A stretch of DNA of 64,000 bases from a candidate division FCPU426 bacterium (GTDB taxonomy: Bacteria; Oederibacteriota; PGYV01; Palsa-1178): positions 448,001 to 512,000 of the forward strand of contig CAWIXE010000001.1 of NCBI GenBank assembly GCA_963840035.1, given 5' to 3'. A model generated the notes under the pieces. That model was given only the letters and a program-made list of their open reading frames with translations, was not told the DNA's origin and ran no database searches. The position numbers and the translations under genes were made by a program. Every line of letters starts with the position of its first letter. Within the stretch, counting starts at the first letter, position 1. Positions 16,697 to 26,219 of the stretch are shown here, piece after piece.

Positions 16697-18895
16697 ATGA
16701 AGAAAATTATCATGTTTTTACTTATTATTACGGCATTTTACGGGTTTTGTTCCGCGGCCAAGTATGACCCCATGGCTGAAAACCAGTATATGGAGCAGGC
16801 AAACAACATATTCAGCATGGGAAAATACAAGCAGGCGCTGAAGCTTTATGAGACGGCATTTAAAATTAACGCGGACAACATACAGGCTGTAATAGGCCAG
16901 GGAAATTGCCATGAAATGATGGGCGAGCCAAAAGCGTCAAAGGTGGATTATGATCTGGCTAAGTCAATGGACCCTTCGTTTGTAAAACCCGACCTCTCAA
17001 GGTATAAAGCCATGGACAAGGAACGCGCGAAAGGAAAATCCGCGGATGATATCCGCGCCAAATATTATGACCTTTTTCCCGGAATGAAAAAAGGGGTGAC
17101 CACAACCCCGGCGACAGGAGACAGGAACATGGTAAACGCCATGGCAGGCGGGCCTCCGGCGGGGCAGGCAGAAGCATCCGGCTCCACTAAAACATCCGTT
17201 TCCATGGAAGCAACCGGCGCCGCAACAGTGCTGACGGAAAATGACGTAAAAAAAATGACAGTGACGGAAAAAGCAAAACCCGACATGGATAAGCTGACAA
17301 ATGAGGAAGCGCAGCAGTTTATGGACGACAGGCTCTATGATTTCCGCGGCGGCCACGGCAAGATGGAAGCTTTGGGAGGCATGCGCCACATAATACCGGA
17401 CATGACCACATCCATGGACGGCGGCTCTTTCGGGCTGGATACGGCGCTTTTATTCAGGAAGAAAACCCACGTTTTTAACCTTGAGCCTTTTTATGGATTG
17501 TATACAAAGAACACCACATACAATACCCCGGACCCGAAGATTACAAATAACTACAGGACGCAGCTTATCTCGCTCGAAGACTCGGTGGGAGAGCTGAATT
17601 TCCCGAGCCAGTATTTTTTCAACAGGGTCAAGCCGTTTTTGTCCAACTCATTCATGGAAGGCCGGCTGGATAACATGCCCGTCCCGCCTGCGAGTATCCG
17701 TATGGCAAATACCGGAAGCTTCTTCGGCGGCGAATACACCCTCGGATTTAAACCAATATCGCTCATGGGTTTTACAATAGCATCGGGATATGAGTACTCG
17801 CCATATTATCAAGATATAAGCGTTGGTGTCACGCACACCACAACCACAATAACCAACATGCAGTTTTACTGGCGCGCGGGAGTCGGAGTTTACCTCCCTT
17901 ATTTATTCACGAAGAACGACCAGCTCGAGGCGCATATAAATTACGGGGCATACAGGCCCGAGGCGCTTGTGGCTGATTTGCGGAACAACAAGCTGTTCGG
18001 CATGCCGTACAGCCTGATAAACGATTATTCAAAAAAGATAACGGAACACGGCGCGACGCCGTATGATTTCAGCATGAGGTATGAGGACTCCAATAACATG
18101 GAAGCCACGGGCAATAATATAAAGGCAAGCGTGCATTACATGTACGGCAACAACCTGCAGGAAGTGTTTTTCTTTTATGAGATGCCGCACAACATAAAAT
18201 ATAAAGTGAGCAAGACAAGCGACCTGTTTGTGGAGGGTTCGGCTGTCCCGATATCATCCACCGTGGTAGTGCAGGAAGACGCAGGCACTGAAAAGCGCTG
18301 GAACGGAAAAACAGGCTTCAGGTCCAATTTCAGGTACCTGACTATAGGATTAAGATACGAATATGACAGCAGGGAAACTTACATATCGTCGACATATACC
18401 GTTGACTACCAGGCGCCGGCCATTTTTGACCAGCTTGTGCCGCAGGGCGCGCTTTTGAAAGGCCGCGAATATGAGAAAAACACAAGGCTCACGCTTGGCG
18501 TTAATTTAACGCCGGTGGACCTGATAAACCTCCCGTTTGAATATGAGACAAACCAGTATTACATCAATATGGGTGGAAGCATAATGACTTCGGATTCATA
18601 TGTTTTCAGGGGAGGATTGCAGCTAAAACCCACCCCGTTCTTCGCGATAAGGGGCGGTATTTCCTACGAGGTATTCAGGTATGGCGGGACAGGTTTTGGG
18701 GACCCCGGAACTGACAGCAACCCCACAAGGAACATCTTAGGCTACCACTTCGGCGCCGGCATTGACATGCCGCTCTTTGAATTTAACGCCGGCGGAGCCA
18801 TTAAAACCCTCACGCGAAGCCCGCTTCCCGCAGCCCTGTCTTCGGAAACCAATACCTACATGTACGGGTATGTGGATTTTAACATATATATATAA
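16697..18895 (+). CDS. Exported protein: N-terminal TPR, linker, probable outer-membrane beta-barrel
   Basis: Signal peptide, TPR-like helices, Tyr/Gly-rich amphipathic strands, C-terminus YMYGYVDFNIYI. Confidence 0.6.
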   Translation: MKKIIMFLLIITAFYGFCSAAKYDPMAENQYMEQANNIFSMGKYKQALKLYETAFKINADNIQAVIGQGNCHEMMGEPKASKVDYDLAKSMDPSFVKPDLSRYKAMDKERAKGKSADDIRAKYYDLFPGMKKGVTTTPATGDRNMVNAMAGGPPAGQAEASGSTKTSVSMEATGAATVLTENDVKKMTVTEKAKPDMDKLTNEEAQQFMDDRLYDFRGGHGKMEALGGMRHIIPDMTTSMDGGSFGLDTALLFRKKTHVFNLEPFYGLYTKNTTYNTPDPKITNNYRTQLISLEDSVGELNFPSQYFFNRVKPFLSNSFMEGRLDNMPVPPASIRMANTGSFFGGEYTLGFKPISLMGFTIASGYEYSPYYQDISVGVTHTTTTITNMQFYWRAGVGVYLPYLFTKNDQLEAHINYGAYRPEALVADLRNNKLFGMPYSLINDYSKKITEHGATPYDFSMRYEDSNNMEATGNNIKASVHYMYGNNLQEVFFFYEMPHNIKYKVSKTSDLFVEGSAVPISSTVVVQEDAGTEKRWNGKTGFRSNFRYLTIGLRYEYDSRETYISSTYTVDYQAPAIFDQLVPQGALLKGREYEKNTRLTLGVNLTPVDLINLPFEYETNQYYINMGGSIMTSDSYVFRGGLQLKPTPFFAIRGGISYEVFRYGGTGFGDPGTDSNPTRNILGYHFGAGIDMPLFEFNAGGAIKTLTRSPLPAALSSETNTYMYGYVDFNIYI

Positions 18896-18965
18896 TAACA
18901 ATTGTTGATTCATTTTACCGCAACATCAATCAGGATTTTTATAGGTTATGTTTAATTTTTAAGGT

Positions 18966-19078
18966 GTCATTGCGAGGAGGCGGTTTAGTATTATGCCGAC
19001 GAAGCAATCTTGTTGCCTTGTCGGTTTAAAACGAGATTGCTTCGTCGCCGCAAGACAAATGCGGCTCCTCGCAATGAC
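18966..19078. repeat. GTCATTGCGAG...CTCGCAATGAC palindromic element (empty allele)
   Basis: Arms GTCATTGCGAGGAG..CGACGAAGCAATCT and AGATTGCTTCGTCG..CTCCTCGCAATGAC; other copies at 33579 and 50773. Confidence 0.9.
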
Positions 19079-19217
19079 AGCATTTGAACGCTTCTTCTTA
19101 ACAGCGCATCCAATCGTCAATTGTCAATTAATTATTGTATTATAAGCCAAAATCTTATATAATTTACCCCAATATACACTTATTTCCGTTATGACTATAA
19201 TAAGGAGAGGTGCGCGC

Positions 19218-20540
19218 ATGTCTAATTACAACCAGTTTTTTATCCGTATGCAGGACGGGACCATAAAACAGATAAACCCTTTTACGGGGACTGAAGTATG
19301 GACGGTTCCGGGCAGGGCAAGCAAGCCTATCGTTAATGCCGTTCCTGATACTGCTAAAAAGCTTGAAGTAAAAAAGAAGGACGATTATTGTAATTTCTGC
19401 GAAACAAAATACCAGAACACTCCCCCTGAAAAGGAAAGGCTTGTTAAAGTCGCCGGCAAATACGTATCCATGAAGGACTTAAAGCCCGGGATTTTAAGCC
19501 AGACTTACGCGGAATTCCGCAGGGTGCCGAACTTATTTGAAATAGTCACGATGGAATACTGGAAGAAAAATTTCGGGTACCAGTTTCCCGAGGAAATACG
19601 CAAGAGAAAAGAGGAATACCTGGCTGACAAGGCGGGATATGAGCATGTCATGCATATCGTGGACATGAAATTAAAACTTCTCGGAAAAGATCCTACAAAG
19701 ATAGCTGAGCAGGACAAGATAGACATAGCTGACGCGTTTTTTGCCGGCGGCCATGAGCTTATCGTTGGCGGAAGGCACTTTATTGACAACGCCGAGTTTG
19801 ACACGCAGTTGTGCAACTCAGGCGAACTTACCCCTGACGAGCACTTTCACTACCTGAAATTCACCATAAAGGGAATGAAGGACATATACGATAATAACAA
19901 GCACGTGCGCTATGTTTCGGTCTTCCAGAACTGGCTGAAACCGGCGGGCGCGTCCTTTGACCACCTGCACAAGCAGCTCGTGGCCATAGACGAGTGGGGC
20001 GTGTCCATAGAGCGCGAGATTAATTTAATCAGGAAAAATCCGAACATATACAACGAGATGGGCGCGAACCTTGCCATGTATTTTAACCTGGTAGTCGCGG
20101 AAAATGAGCACGCCATTGCCTTCTCGGACATAGGGCACAGGTACCCGACCATATGCGTCTTCTCAAAAAGCGAGGCGGTATTTCCCTATGAAATGACGGA
20201 TAAAGAGCTGCGCGGATTCTCGGATATGACTCATGCCATGCACCACGCGCTTACCTCACAGATAGCCACAAACGAGGAATGGTATTACACGCCGAAGGAT
20301 TCCATAGACGCCATGCCGCTTCACATACTGATAAAGCTGCGCGTTAATACGCCGGCGGGTTTTGAAGGCGGGACAAAAGTTTACATAAACCCCATGAACC
20401 CATATGAGCTTCGCGACAAGCTTATCACAAGGCTTTTAGACGCGAAGAAGGATGATAAGATTGCAAAGATGAGCATAGGCGAAGAGTGCAACACGCAGCC
20501 GAACTCGCTGTCGTATTATAAGAAGTATTATAAGGCTTAA
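19218..20540 (+). CDS. DUF4921-family GalT/HIT-like nucleotidyltransferase
   Basis: DGTIKQINPFTGTEVWTVPGR, CNFC, FQNWLKPAGASFDHLHKQ (GalT-like HxHxQ), AGFEGGT. Confidence 0.8.
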   Translation: MSNYNQFFIRMQDGTIKQINPFTGTEVWTVPGRASKPIVNAVPDTAKKLEVKKKDDYCNFCETKYQNTPPEKERLVKVAGKYVSMKDLKPGILSQTYAEFRRVPNLFEIVTMEYWKKNFGYQFPEEIRKRKEEYLADKAGYEHVMHIVDMKLKLLGKDPTKIAEQDKIDIADAFFAGGHELIVGGRHFIDNAEFDTQLCNSGELTPDEHFHYLKFTIKGMKDIYDNNKHVRYVSVFQNWLKPAGASFDHLHKQLVAIDEWGVSIEREINLIRKNPNIYNEMGANLAMYFNLVVAENEHAIAFSDIGHRYPTICVFSKSEAVFPYEMTDKELRGFSDMTHAMHHALTSQIATNEEWYYTPKDSIDAMPLHILIKLRVNTPAGFEGGTKVYINPMNPYELRDKLITRLLDAKKDDKIAKMSIGEECNTQPNSLSYYKKYYKA

Positions 20541-20586
20541 TTTTACATTTTCAATTTTGAATTTTAAATTAAAACAGGAGAAACAA

Positions 20587-21567
20587 ATGAAAAAATTTAT
20601 TGTATTGTTCGCTTCGTGCGTTATGGTTGTTTTGTTGACCGGCGCGGGGTGTGAGACTACGGGGACTTATGTAAAGGACGACGGGGGGATATCATCCTCT
20701 TCAATCACCACCCAGGACATAGCAAAAGCCGAGAATCCTAAAAAGGACGATGCTTCCGCGGATAAGACCGGCGGAAACGAGGCGGGGATGCCTGAGGACA
20801 GCGGGGAAAGCGTTAAAAAACTTGATAGCGACACTGTCGCCATAATCGGCGCTTACGTGCTTACAAAACAAAGGTATAAGGTCATCACAGATTACATGAA
20901 CCAGCGTTTTGACTATAAGTTAAACAGCGAGCAGGAAAAGGAATTCATACAGTTCATAGTCAACAAGAAACTCATGGCCATGGAAGCGCGCAAGCAGGGT
21001 TACGCTGAGAGGCCGGACCTTAAGACAAAATATGACTGGGATTTTGACGACATCCTCTCGCACGTGTACTTTGCCGAGAATGTGGAAAATAAGGCGAAGG
21101 TAACTGAAAAAGAAGCCAGGGAATACTATGACAAGCATACCGGCGATTTCGTGGAGATAAAGGCGCAGCACATACTCGTTAAGAATAAAACCCTCGCGGA
21201 TTCCCTTGAAAAAAGGATACGCTCAGGGGAGGATTTCAGCGAGATAGCCAGGAAATATTCCGACGACGCCACCACCAAGGAAAAAGGCGGGGACCTCGGG
21301 TTCTTTACAAAAGGGCTGATGGTGGAGGAGTTTGAGGCGGCCGCTTACGCGCTCTCAGACGGGGAAGTGTCACAGCCTGTCAAAACGGTTTACGGATACC
21401 ACATCATAAAGGTAAACGAGAGAAAGAAATACTCATACGACGAATCCAAAGACAAGATACTCAAGATGATACAGGAAAAGAAACAGCAGGGCGTATTTGA
21501 CGCCGAGATGAACAGCTTAAAGAAAAAGTATAAGGTCATCATAAACCAGGATGTTTTAAATAAATGA
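20587..21567 (+). CDS. Parvulin-type peptidyl-prolyl isomerase lipoprotein (PrsA/PpiC-like)
   Basis: GAGC lipobox-like; KAQHILV, FSEIARKYSDD..GGDLGFF..MVEEFE, TVYGYHIIKV. Confidence 0.9.
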   Translation: MKKFIVLFASCVMVVLLTGAGCETTGTYVKDDGGISSSSITTQDIAKAENPKKDDASADKTGGNEAGMPEDSGESVKKLDSDTVAIIGAYVLTKQRYKVITDYMNQRFDYKLNSEQEKEFIQFIVNKKLMAMEARKQGYAERPDLKTKYDWDFDDILSHVYFAENVENKAKVTEKEAREYYDKHTGDFVEIKAQHILVKNKTLADSLEKRIRSGEDFSEIARKYSDDATTKEKGGDLGFFTKGLMVEEFEAAAYALSDGEVSQPVKTVYGYHIIKVNERKKYSYDESKDKILKMIQEKKQQGVFDAEMNSLKKKYKVIINQDVLNK

Positions 21568-23921
21568 AAAACAAATTACAAATTACTAATTACAAATTAC
21601 TAATAACGGCGCTGGTGGTTATTTCTGTTTTTGTGTTCATGGCGGGTTGCGTGCCTGCAAAGCTGATAAAGAGCTCGGACTCCGCCATCAGGGACAAGCT
21701 TACATCCGTGTCTGACACAGAGTATGAGCAGTGGAAAATACTTTTAAAGGAAGGAAAGGACTCGGGAGAGCGCTCTAAGGCGGCTTTCTGGTGCGGGCAG
21801 TATAACTATAACAAAAAGAATTATCCGGAAGCCCTTAAATATTTTAATTACAACGAAAAATATTACGCCGACGTGGACTGGGGCTACCTTTCCATGCTGC
21901 GTACCTTTGACCTGCTTATGGATACCGGGAAAAAAGAGCCGGCCATGGAAAAAATGAAGCTCCTCCTGGAAAAACGCCATCAGTTCTCGCAGTTTGAGGA
22001 CGTGGCCGCAAAAAGGCTTGAGGAAATAATCTCGGCCGCGGGCAGGGAAGAGTTAAAAACCCTTTACGCGAAACATTACCATAAGATGGTGGACGAATAC
22101 ATCCTTTACAACCTCTGCCTTCTTGACCTTAAGGAAGGGAATTATGACGAGTTTTACGTCCACTCGAACGCTTTCCTCATAGATTTCCGCGACTCGGCTT
22201 TTTACGCGGACATAACCGCGAAGTATAAGGAGTCGGTCAAATACAAGCCGGTTAACAATAAAAAACTTGCCGTAGTCATACCTCTTACCGGAAAATCCAT
22301 GGATATAGGCAGCCTGGTAAAAACCGGGCTTGAAATGGCGGCCGTGGAATTTAACGAAGGCAAGCTACCTGAGGCAAAGGTGGGCTTCATATATATTGAC
22401 GAAGAGGACCCGAAGCTTGAGCAGGCCGTGATAAAGGCCATAGAAACCGACGGCGTAATAGCTGTAATAGGGCCGCTGTATTCAAAGACTGTAAAGACCC
22501 TTATCCCTGTTATGGAGCGTTATAATACCGTGCTGTTTTCATCCACGGCCGCGCAGCCGGACCTTGTGGGCAAAAGCCAGTATTTTTTCAGGAACTGCGC
22601 CACGGCCAAGGGCCAGGCATATGCCACCGCAAAATATTTAATAGACGACACGCAGTTCAGGAAATTGGCGTGCATATATTCTGACAACGCCTATGGAAAG
22701 ACCTTAAACGATTATTTCACTCAGAGGTTCACGGCCTCAGGCGGCGAGATAATCCGGCAGGCCGCGTATGACCCCAAGGCCAATGACTTCCAGGACCAGA
22801 TGGTGCTCTTAGGCGGCGTCAATACTATGCTGCTTAAGGAAAAACGCTCCGATGAAAAAATGAAGCTCGACGGCCTGATGGAAGACGCGGCAAAGGGAAT
22901 GATGCAGAAGGTATTTGATTACCTGAATATAACCCCGCCGGATGAAAATGCCGTGCCGAAACCCACCCCTGACCCGAATATGCAGAAGGTATCAATCGCG
23001 GTGCTTCACATAGCGCCCATAGGCGACGACATAAAAAGATACCAGCTGGATGACGACATGACCAAAAAAATCTCATATACCATGGCAAAGTCGAGCGTGC
23101 TCAACATTACAAAGCAGAGCGTGTGCGACGGGGCCATGGATTCCATCGGCGTGGGCGCCGAGGACCTTGACAGGGAGCTTGCCTTAAATGTGGCGTCGAA
23201 ACTCGGCTCAGAGATACTCATCTGGGGAAAGATAGTGGAGGCAAAGACAGAGACAAACACGGCGAACTTCCTGCCGGCGGTGGAAGTGGATAAAAAAGGA
23301 AACACAAATGTTGTTTATAATTTCTCCGACGATGATTATTTCACTTACACAATAAAATTATACGCCATCGCGGTGGCTGACGAGGCCGTCATTGACGAGT
23401 TCGATGTAAAGTTTAAAAAGGTGAAGGAACCGAAGAAGAACCCCATCACCCTTGACGCCTTATACATACCCGCCACTGACAGAAAAATGGTGCTGATAAA
23501 GGACCAGTTGCGCTTCTATGATTTTGACATACCGGTTTTTGGAAGCTCGGCGCTTAACAGCCAGTACATCACGGGATTTAAGGATTCCATGGAAGGCGTC
23601 ATATATCCGGTGGAATTCTACCCCGAAGACCAGGACGCTGCAGTTCAGGATTTTGTCAAAAAGTACAGGGACAAGTACGCCATATTGCCTGACGCCATCA
23701 CGGCAGCTTCATACGACGTGATGAAAATAATAGGCACGCTTCTTGAAAGGGACATAACCTCAAGGGAAAATTTCAAGACAGTGCTTTCTTCAGTGCGCAA
23801 TTACCAGGGCGCCACAGGGCTATTCTCCTTTGACAGCCAGGGCGATTCCATAAAGGAATATTACATGATGAAGGTTGAAAAGGACGGAATAAAATATTTA
23901 AAAGACGTAACGGGGGAATAG
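21564..23921 (+). CDS. LpoA/LppC-like lipoprotein (TPR + type I periplasmic-binding fold with insertion)
   Basis: Lipobox MAGC, TPR-like N-terminal half, LAVVIPLTG, AVIGPLYS, DNAYG, LDALYIP, YQGATGLFSFD. Confidence 0.75.
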   Translation: MKNKLQITNYKLLITALVVISVFVFMAGCVPAKLIKSSDSAIRDKLTSVSDTEYEQWKILLKEGKDSGERSKAAFWCGQYNYNKKNYPEALKYFNYNEKYYADVDWGYLSMLRTFDLLMDTGKKEPAMEKMKLLLEKRHQFSQFEDVAAKRLEEIISAAGREELKTLYAKHYHKMVDEYILYNLCLLDLKEGNYDEFYVHSNAFLIDFRDSAFYADITAKYKESVKYKPVNNKKLAVVIPLTGKSMDIGSLVKTGLEMAAVEFNEGKLPEAKVGFIYIDEEDPKLEQAVIKAIETDGVIAVIGPLYSKTVKTLIPVMERYNTVLFSSTAAQPDLVGKSQYFFRNCATAKGQAYATAKYLIDDTQFRKLACIYSDNAYGKTLNDYFTQRFTASGGEIIRQAAYDPKANDFQDQMVLLGGVNTMLLKEKRSDEKMKLDGLMEDAAKGMMQKVFDYLNITPPDENAVPKPTPDPNMQKVSIAVLHIAPIGDDIKRYQLDDDMTKKISYTMAKSSVLNITKQSVCDGAMDSIGVGAEDLDRELALNVASKLGSEILIWGKIVEAKTETNTANFLPAVEVDKKGNTNVVYNFSDDDYFTYTIKLYAIAVADEAVIDEFDVKFKKVKEPKKNPITLDALYIPATDRKMVLIKDQLRFYDFDIPVFGSSALNSQYITGFKDSMEGVIYPVEFYPEDQDAAVQDFVKKYRDKYAILPDAITAASYDVMKIIGTLLERDITSRENFKTVLSSVRNYQGATGLFSFDSQGDSIKEYYMMKVEKDGIKYLKDVTGE

Positions 23922-23922
23922 G

Positions 23923-25161
23923 ATGAAGTATCAGCGTCTGCGCGGGGTAAAGGACGTAACGCCGCAGGAAAGCCCGGTATGGGAACACATATCCGCCGCG
24001 GCGTCGGCGGTTTTTAAGCTGTATGACTACCAGCTGATGATAACTCCCACCATAGAAGAGATAGGGCTTTTTGCCAGGGGGCTTGGCGAGGGTTCCGACA
24101 TAGTCATGAAGGAAATGTACGACTTTAAGGATAAAAAAGGCAGGCATATAGTTTTAAGGCCTGAAGGCACCGCGTCAATAGTCCGCGCTTATATAGAAAA
24201 CAACCTGCCCCCGCGTTCAAATATTTTTTACACAGGCCAGATGTTCCGCTACGAGAGGCCGCAGGCGGGCCGTTACAGGGAATTTTACCAGATAGGCGCC
24301 GAGTCTTTCGGAGACCCCACGCCGTACAAAGACGCGGAAGTAATACGCCTGGCAGCGGACCTGATAAAAGCCATTGGTGTAACAGGAAGCGTGCTGCACA
24401 TAAATTGCCTCGCCGCAGAAGACGGATATAATGAGAAATTGAAGGCATTCATAGAATCAAAAAAATCCCAACTATGCGAGGACTGCGTGCATAAACTTGA
24501 GCGCGCGCCAATCAGGGTGCTGGACTGCAAAAAGGAAGAATGCAAGAAAGCGGTCGCTGACGCGCCTCTTATAACGCAAAATTTAAAACCCGAGGCAGCG
24601 GCGCATTACGCGCTTGTAAAAGAACTTTTAACAGCCGCCGGAGTGAACTTTGTTGAGAACCCTTCCATGGTCAGGGGGCTTGATTATTACACAGGCACGG
24701 TCTTTGAATTCATAACTGATAAGCTGGGGCCGCAGCAAAACACCATACTTGCCGGCGGCAGGTATGATAATTTAGTCGAAGAGTTCGGCGGAAAAAAGAC
24801 GCCGGCCACAGGCTTTGCCTTAGGCATAGAGCGCATGGCAGAGGTGCTAAAAGCCGAAGGCAAAGACACGGCAGGCGCAGGGCTCGACGCGTTTATCGTG
24901 GCTGACAAGGCTTACATAAAAGAAGGCTTTGTTCTGCTTAATAAGTTAAGGCAGGCGGGAGTAAAGGCGGCAATGGGTTTTGAAGACCGCAGTTTCAAGT
25001 CGCAGTTCCGCGAGGCTGAGTCAAAAAAATCAAAATACGCCATAGTCATAGGCGAGAATGAAATTAAGTCGGGCAGGTACGCTGTAAAGAACATGGCAAA
25101 CGGCGAGCAAAAGGACGTTATACAGGAAGAACTCATAGCACTATTTAGTAAGAATCTGTAG
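23923..25161 (+). CDS. hisS: Histidine--tRNA ligase
   Basis: DIVMKEMY, LRPEGTA, FRYERPQAGRYREFYQ, RGLDYY, GGRYD. Confidence 0.98.
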   Translation: MKYQRLRGVKDVTPQESPVWEHISAAASAVFKLYDYQLMITPTIEEIGLFARGLGEGSDIVMKEMYDFKDKKGRHIVLRPEGTASIVRAYIENNLPPRSNIFYTGQMFRYERPQAGRYREFYQIGAESFGDPTPYKDAEVIRLAADLIKAIGVTGSVLHINCLAAEDGYNEKLKAFIESKKSQLCEDCVHKLERAPIRVLDCKKEECKKAVADAPLITQNLKPEAAAHYALVKELLTAAGVNFVENPSMVRGLDYYTGTVFEFITDKLGPQQNTILAGGRYDNLVEEFGGKKTPATGFALGIERMAEVLKAEGKDTAGAGLDAFIVADKAYIKEGFVLLNKLRQAGVKAAMGFEDRSFKSQFREAESKKSKYAIVIGENEIKSGRYAVKNMANGEQKDVIQEELIALFSKNL

Positions 25162-25189
25162 AGAGGCGGCAAGCCCCCTCTCTACAATT
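25158..25189. repeat. Self-complementary GTAG...CTAC palindrome on the hisS stop
   Basis: GTAGAGAGGCGGCAAGCCCCCTCTCTAC; the TAG of GTAG is the hisS stop codon. Confidence 0.75.
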
Positions 25190-25205
25190 ATTTATGTGAG
25201 GTATT

Positions 25206-26219
25206 ATGAAACGAATGAAAATCGCAATTACCATGGGCGACCCCGCAGGCGTGGGCCCCGAAATAATTGTGAAGATGTTTAAAAAGGAAGACCTTTATAA
25301 ATACGCCGATGTGATCGTAATCGGGGACCTCTTCCCCATGTTATCGGCGCAGCGCAGGATATCAAACAAATTAGCCATAAAGCCAGTCAGCCATATAGAT
25401 AAATTATCAACAGATAGAAACGTTATAAATCTTCTTGACCTGAAGCAGTTGCACATGAACGACTACTGTATAGGCGAGGCATCGGCAAAAGCGGGAAAAG
25501 CCTCGTTTGAATACATAAAAAAGGCCATTGAACTCGCTATGTCTAAAAAAGTGGACGCGGTTGTGACAGCGCCCATAAACAAGCACAGCCTTCACATGGC
25601 CGGCATTAAGTTCCCCGGCCATACAGAGATATTCGCCAGGTTCACAAAGACAAAAAAATACGCCATGATGTTAATGGGCAGGGACCTGAAGGTAATACTC
25701 GCCACCATACACACCGCGCTAAAGAACGTGCCAAAAGAGCTAAGCGTAAGCGGCCTTGTGTCGCTCATGGAACTCGCGGATAAATCACTTTCAAATGATT
25801 TCGGCATTTTCGGCCCCATAACGGCCGTGTGCGGCTTAAACCCGCACGCGGGCGAAGCGGGGGCTTTTGGCAACGAGGAAGAAAGAATCATAATACCGGC
25901 GATAAAAAAAGCAAAAGCAAAAGGGGTAAAAGTCGAAGGCCCTTATCCCGCGGACACGATATTTCACAGGGTTGTAAAATATAAAACGCACGACGCGGTA
26001 ATCGCCATGTACCACGACCAGGGCCTTGTGCCGCTGAAACTATTATCGTTCGATACTGGAGTCAACGTCACGTTAGGCCTGCCCATAGTAAGGACCTCCC
26101 CGGACCACGGCACGGCGTATGACATAGCAGGTACGGGAAAAGCAGGGGAAGGGTCGATAATGGCGGCTTTTAAAACGGCGATAGAGATAGCAAAAAACAG
26201 GAAACAGTCAAGGATATGA
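25206..26219 (+). CDS. pdxA: 4-hydroxythreonine-4-phosphate dehydrogenase
   Basis: ITMGDPAGVGPEI, TAPINK, GHTE, GLNPHAGE, AMYHDQG, RTSPDHGTA. Confidence 0.97.
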   Translation: MKRMKIAITMGDPAGVGPEIIVKMFKKEDLYKYADVIVIGDLFPMLSAQRRISNKLAIKPVSHIDKLSTDRNVINLLDLKQLHMNDYCIGEASAKAGKASFEYIKKAIELAMSKKVDAVVTAPINKHSLHMAGIKFPGHTEIFARFTKTKKYAMMLMGRDLKVILATIHTALKNVPKELSVSGLVSLMELADKSLSNDFGIFGPITAVCGLNPHAGEAGAFGNEEERIIIPAIKKAKAKGVKVEGPYPADTIFHRVVKYKTHDAVIAMYHDQGLVPLKLLSFDTGVNVTLGLPIVRTSPDHGTAYDIAGTGKAGEGSIMAAFKTAIEIAKNRKQSRI

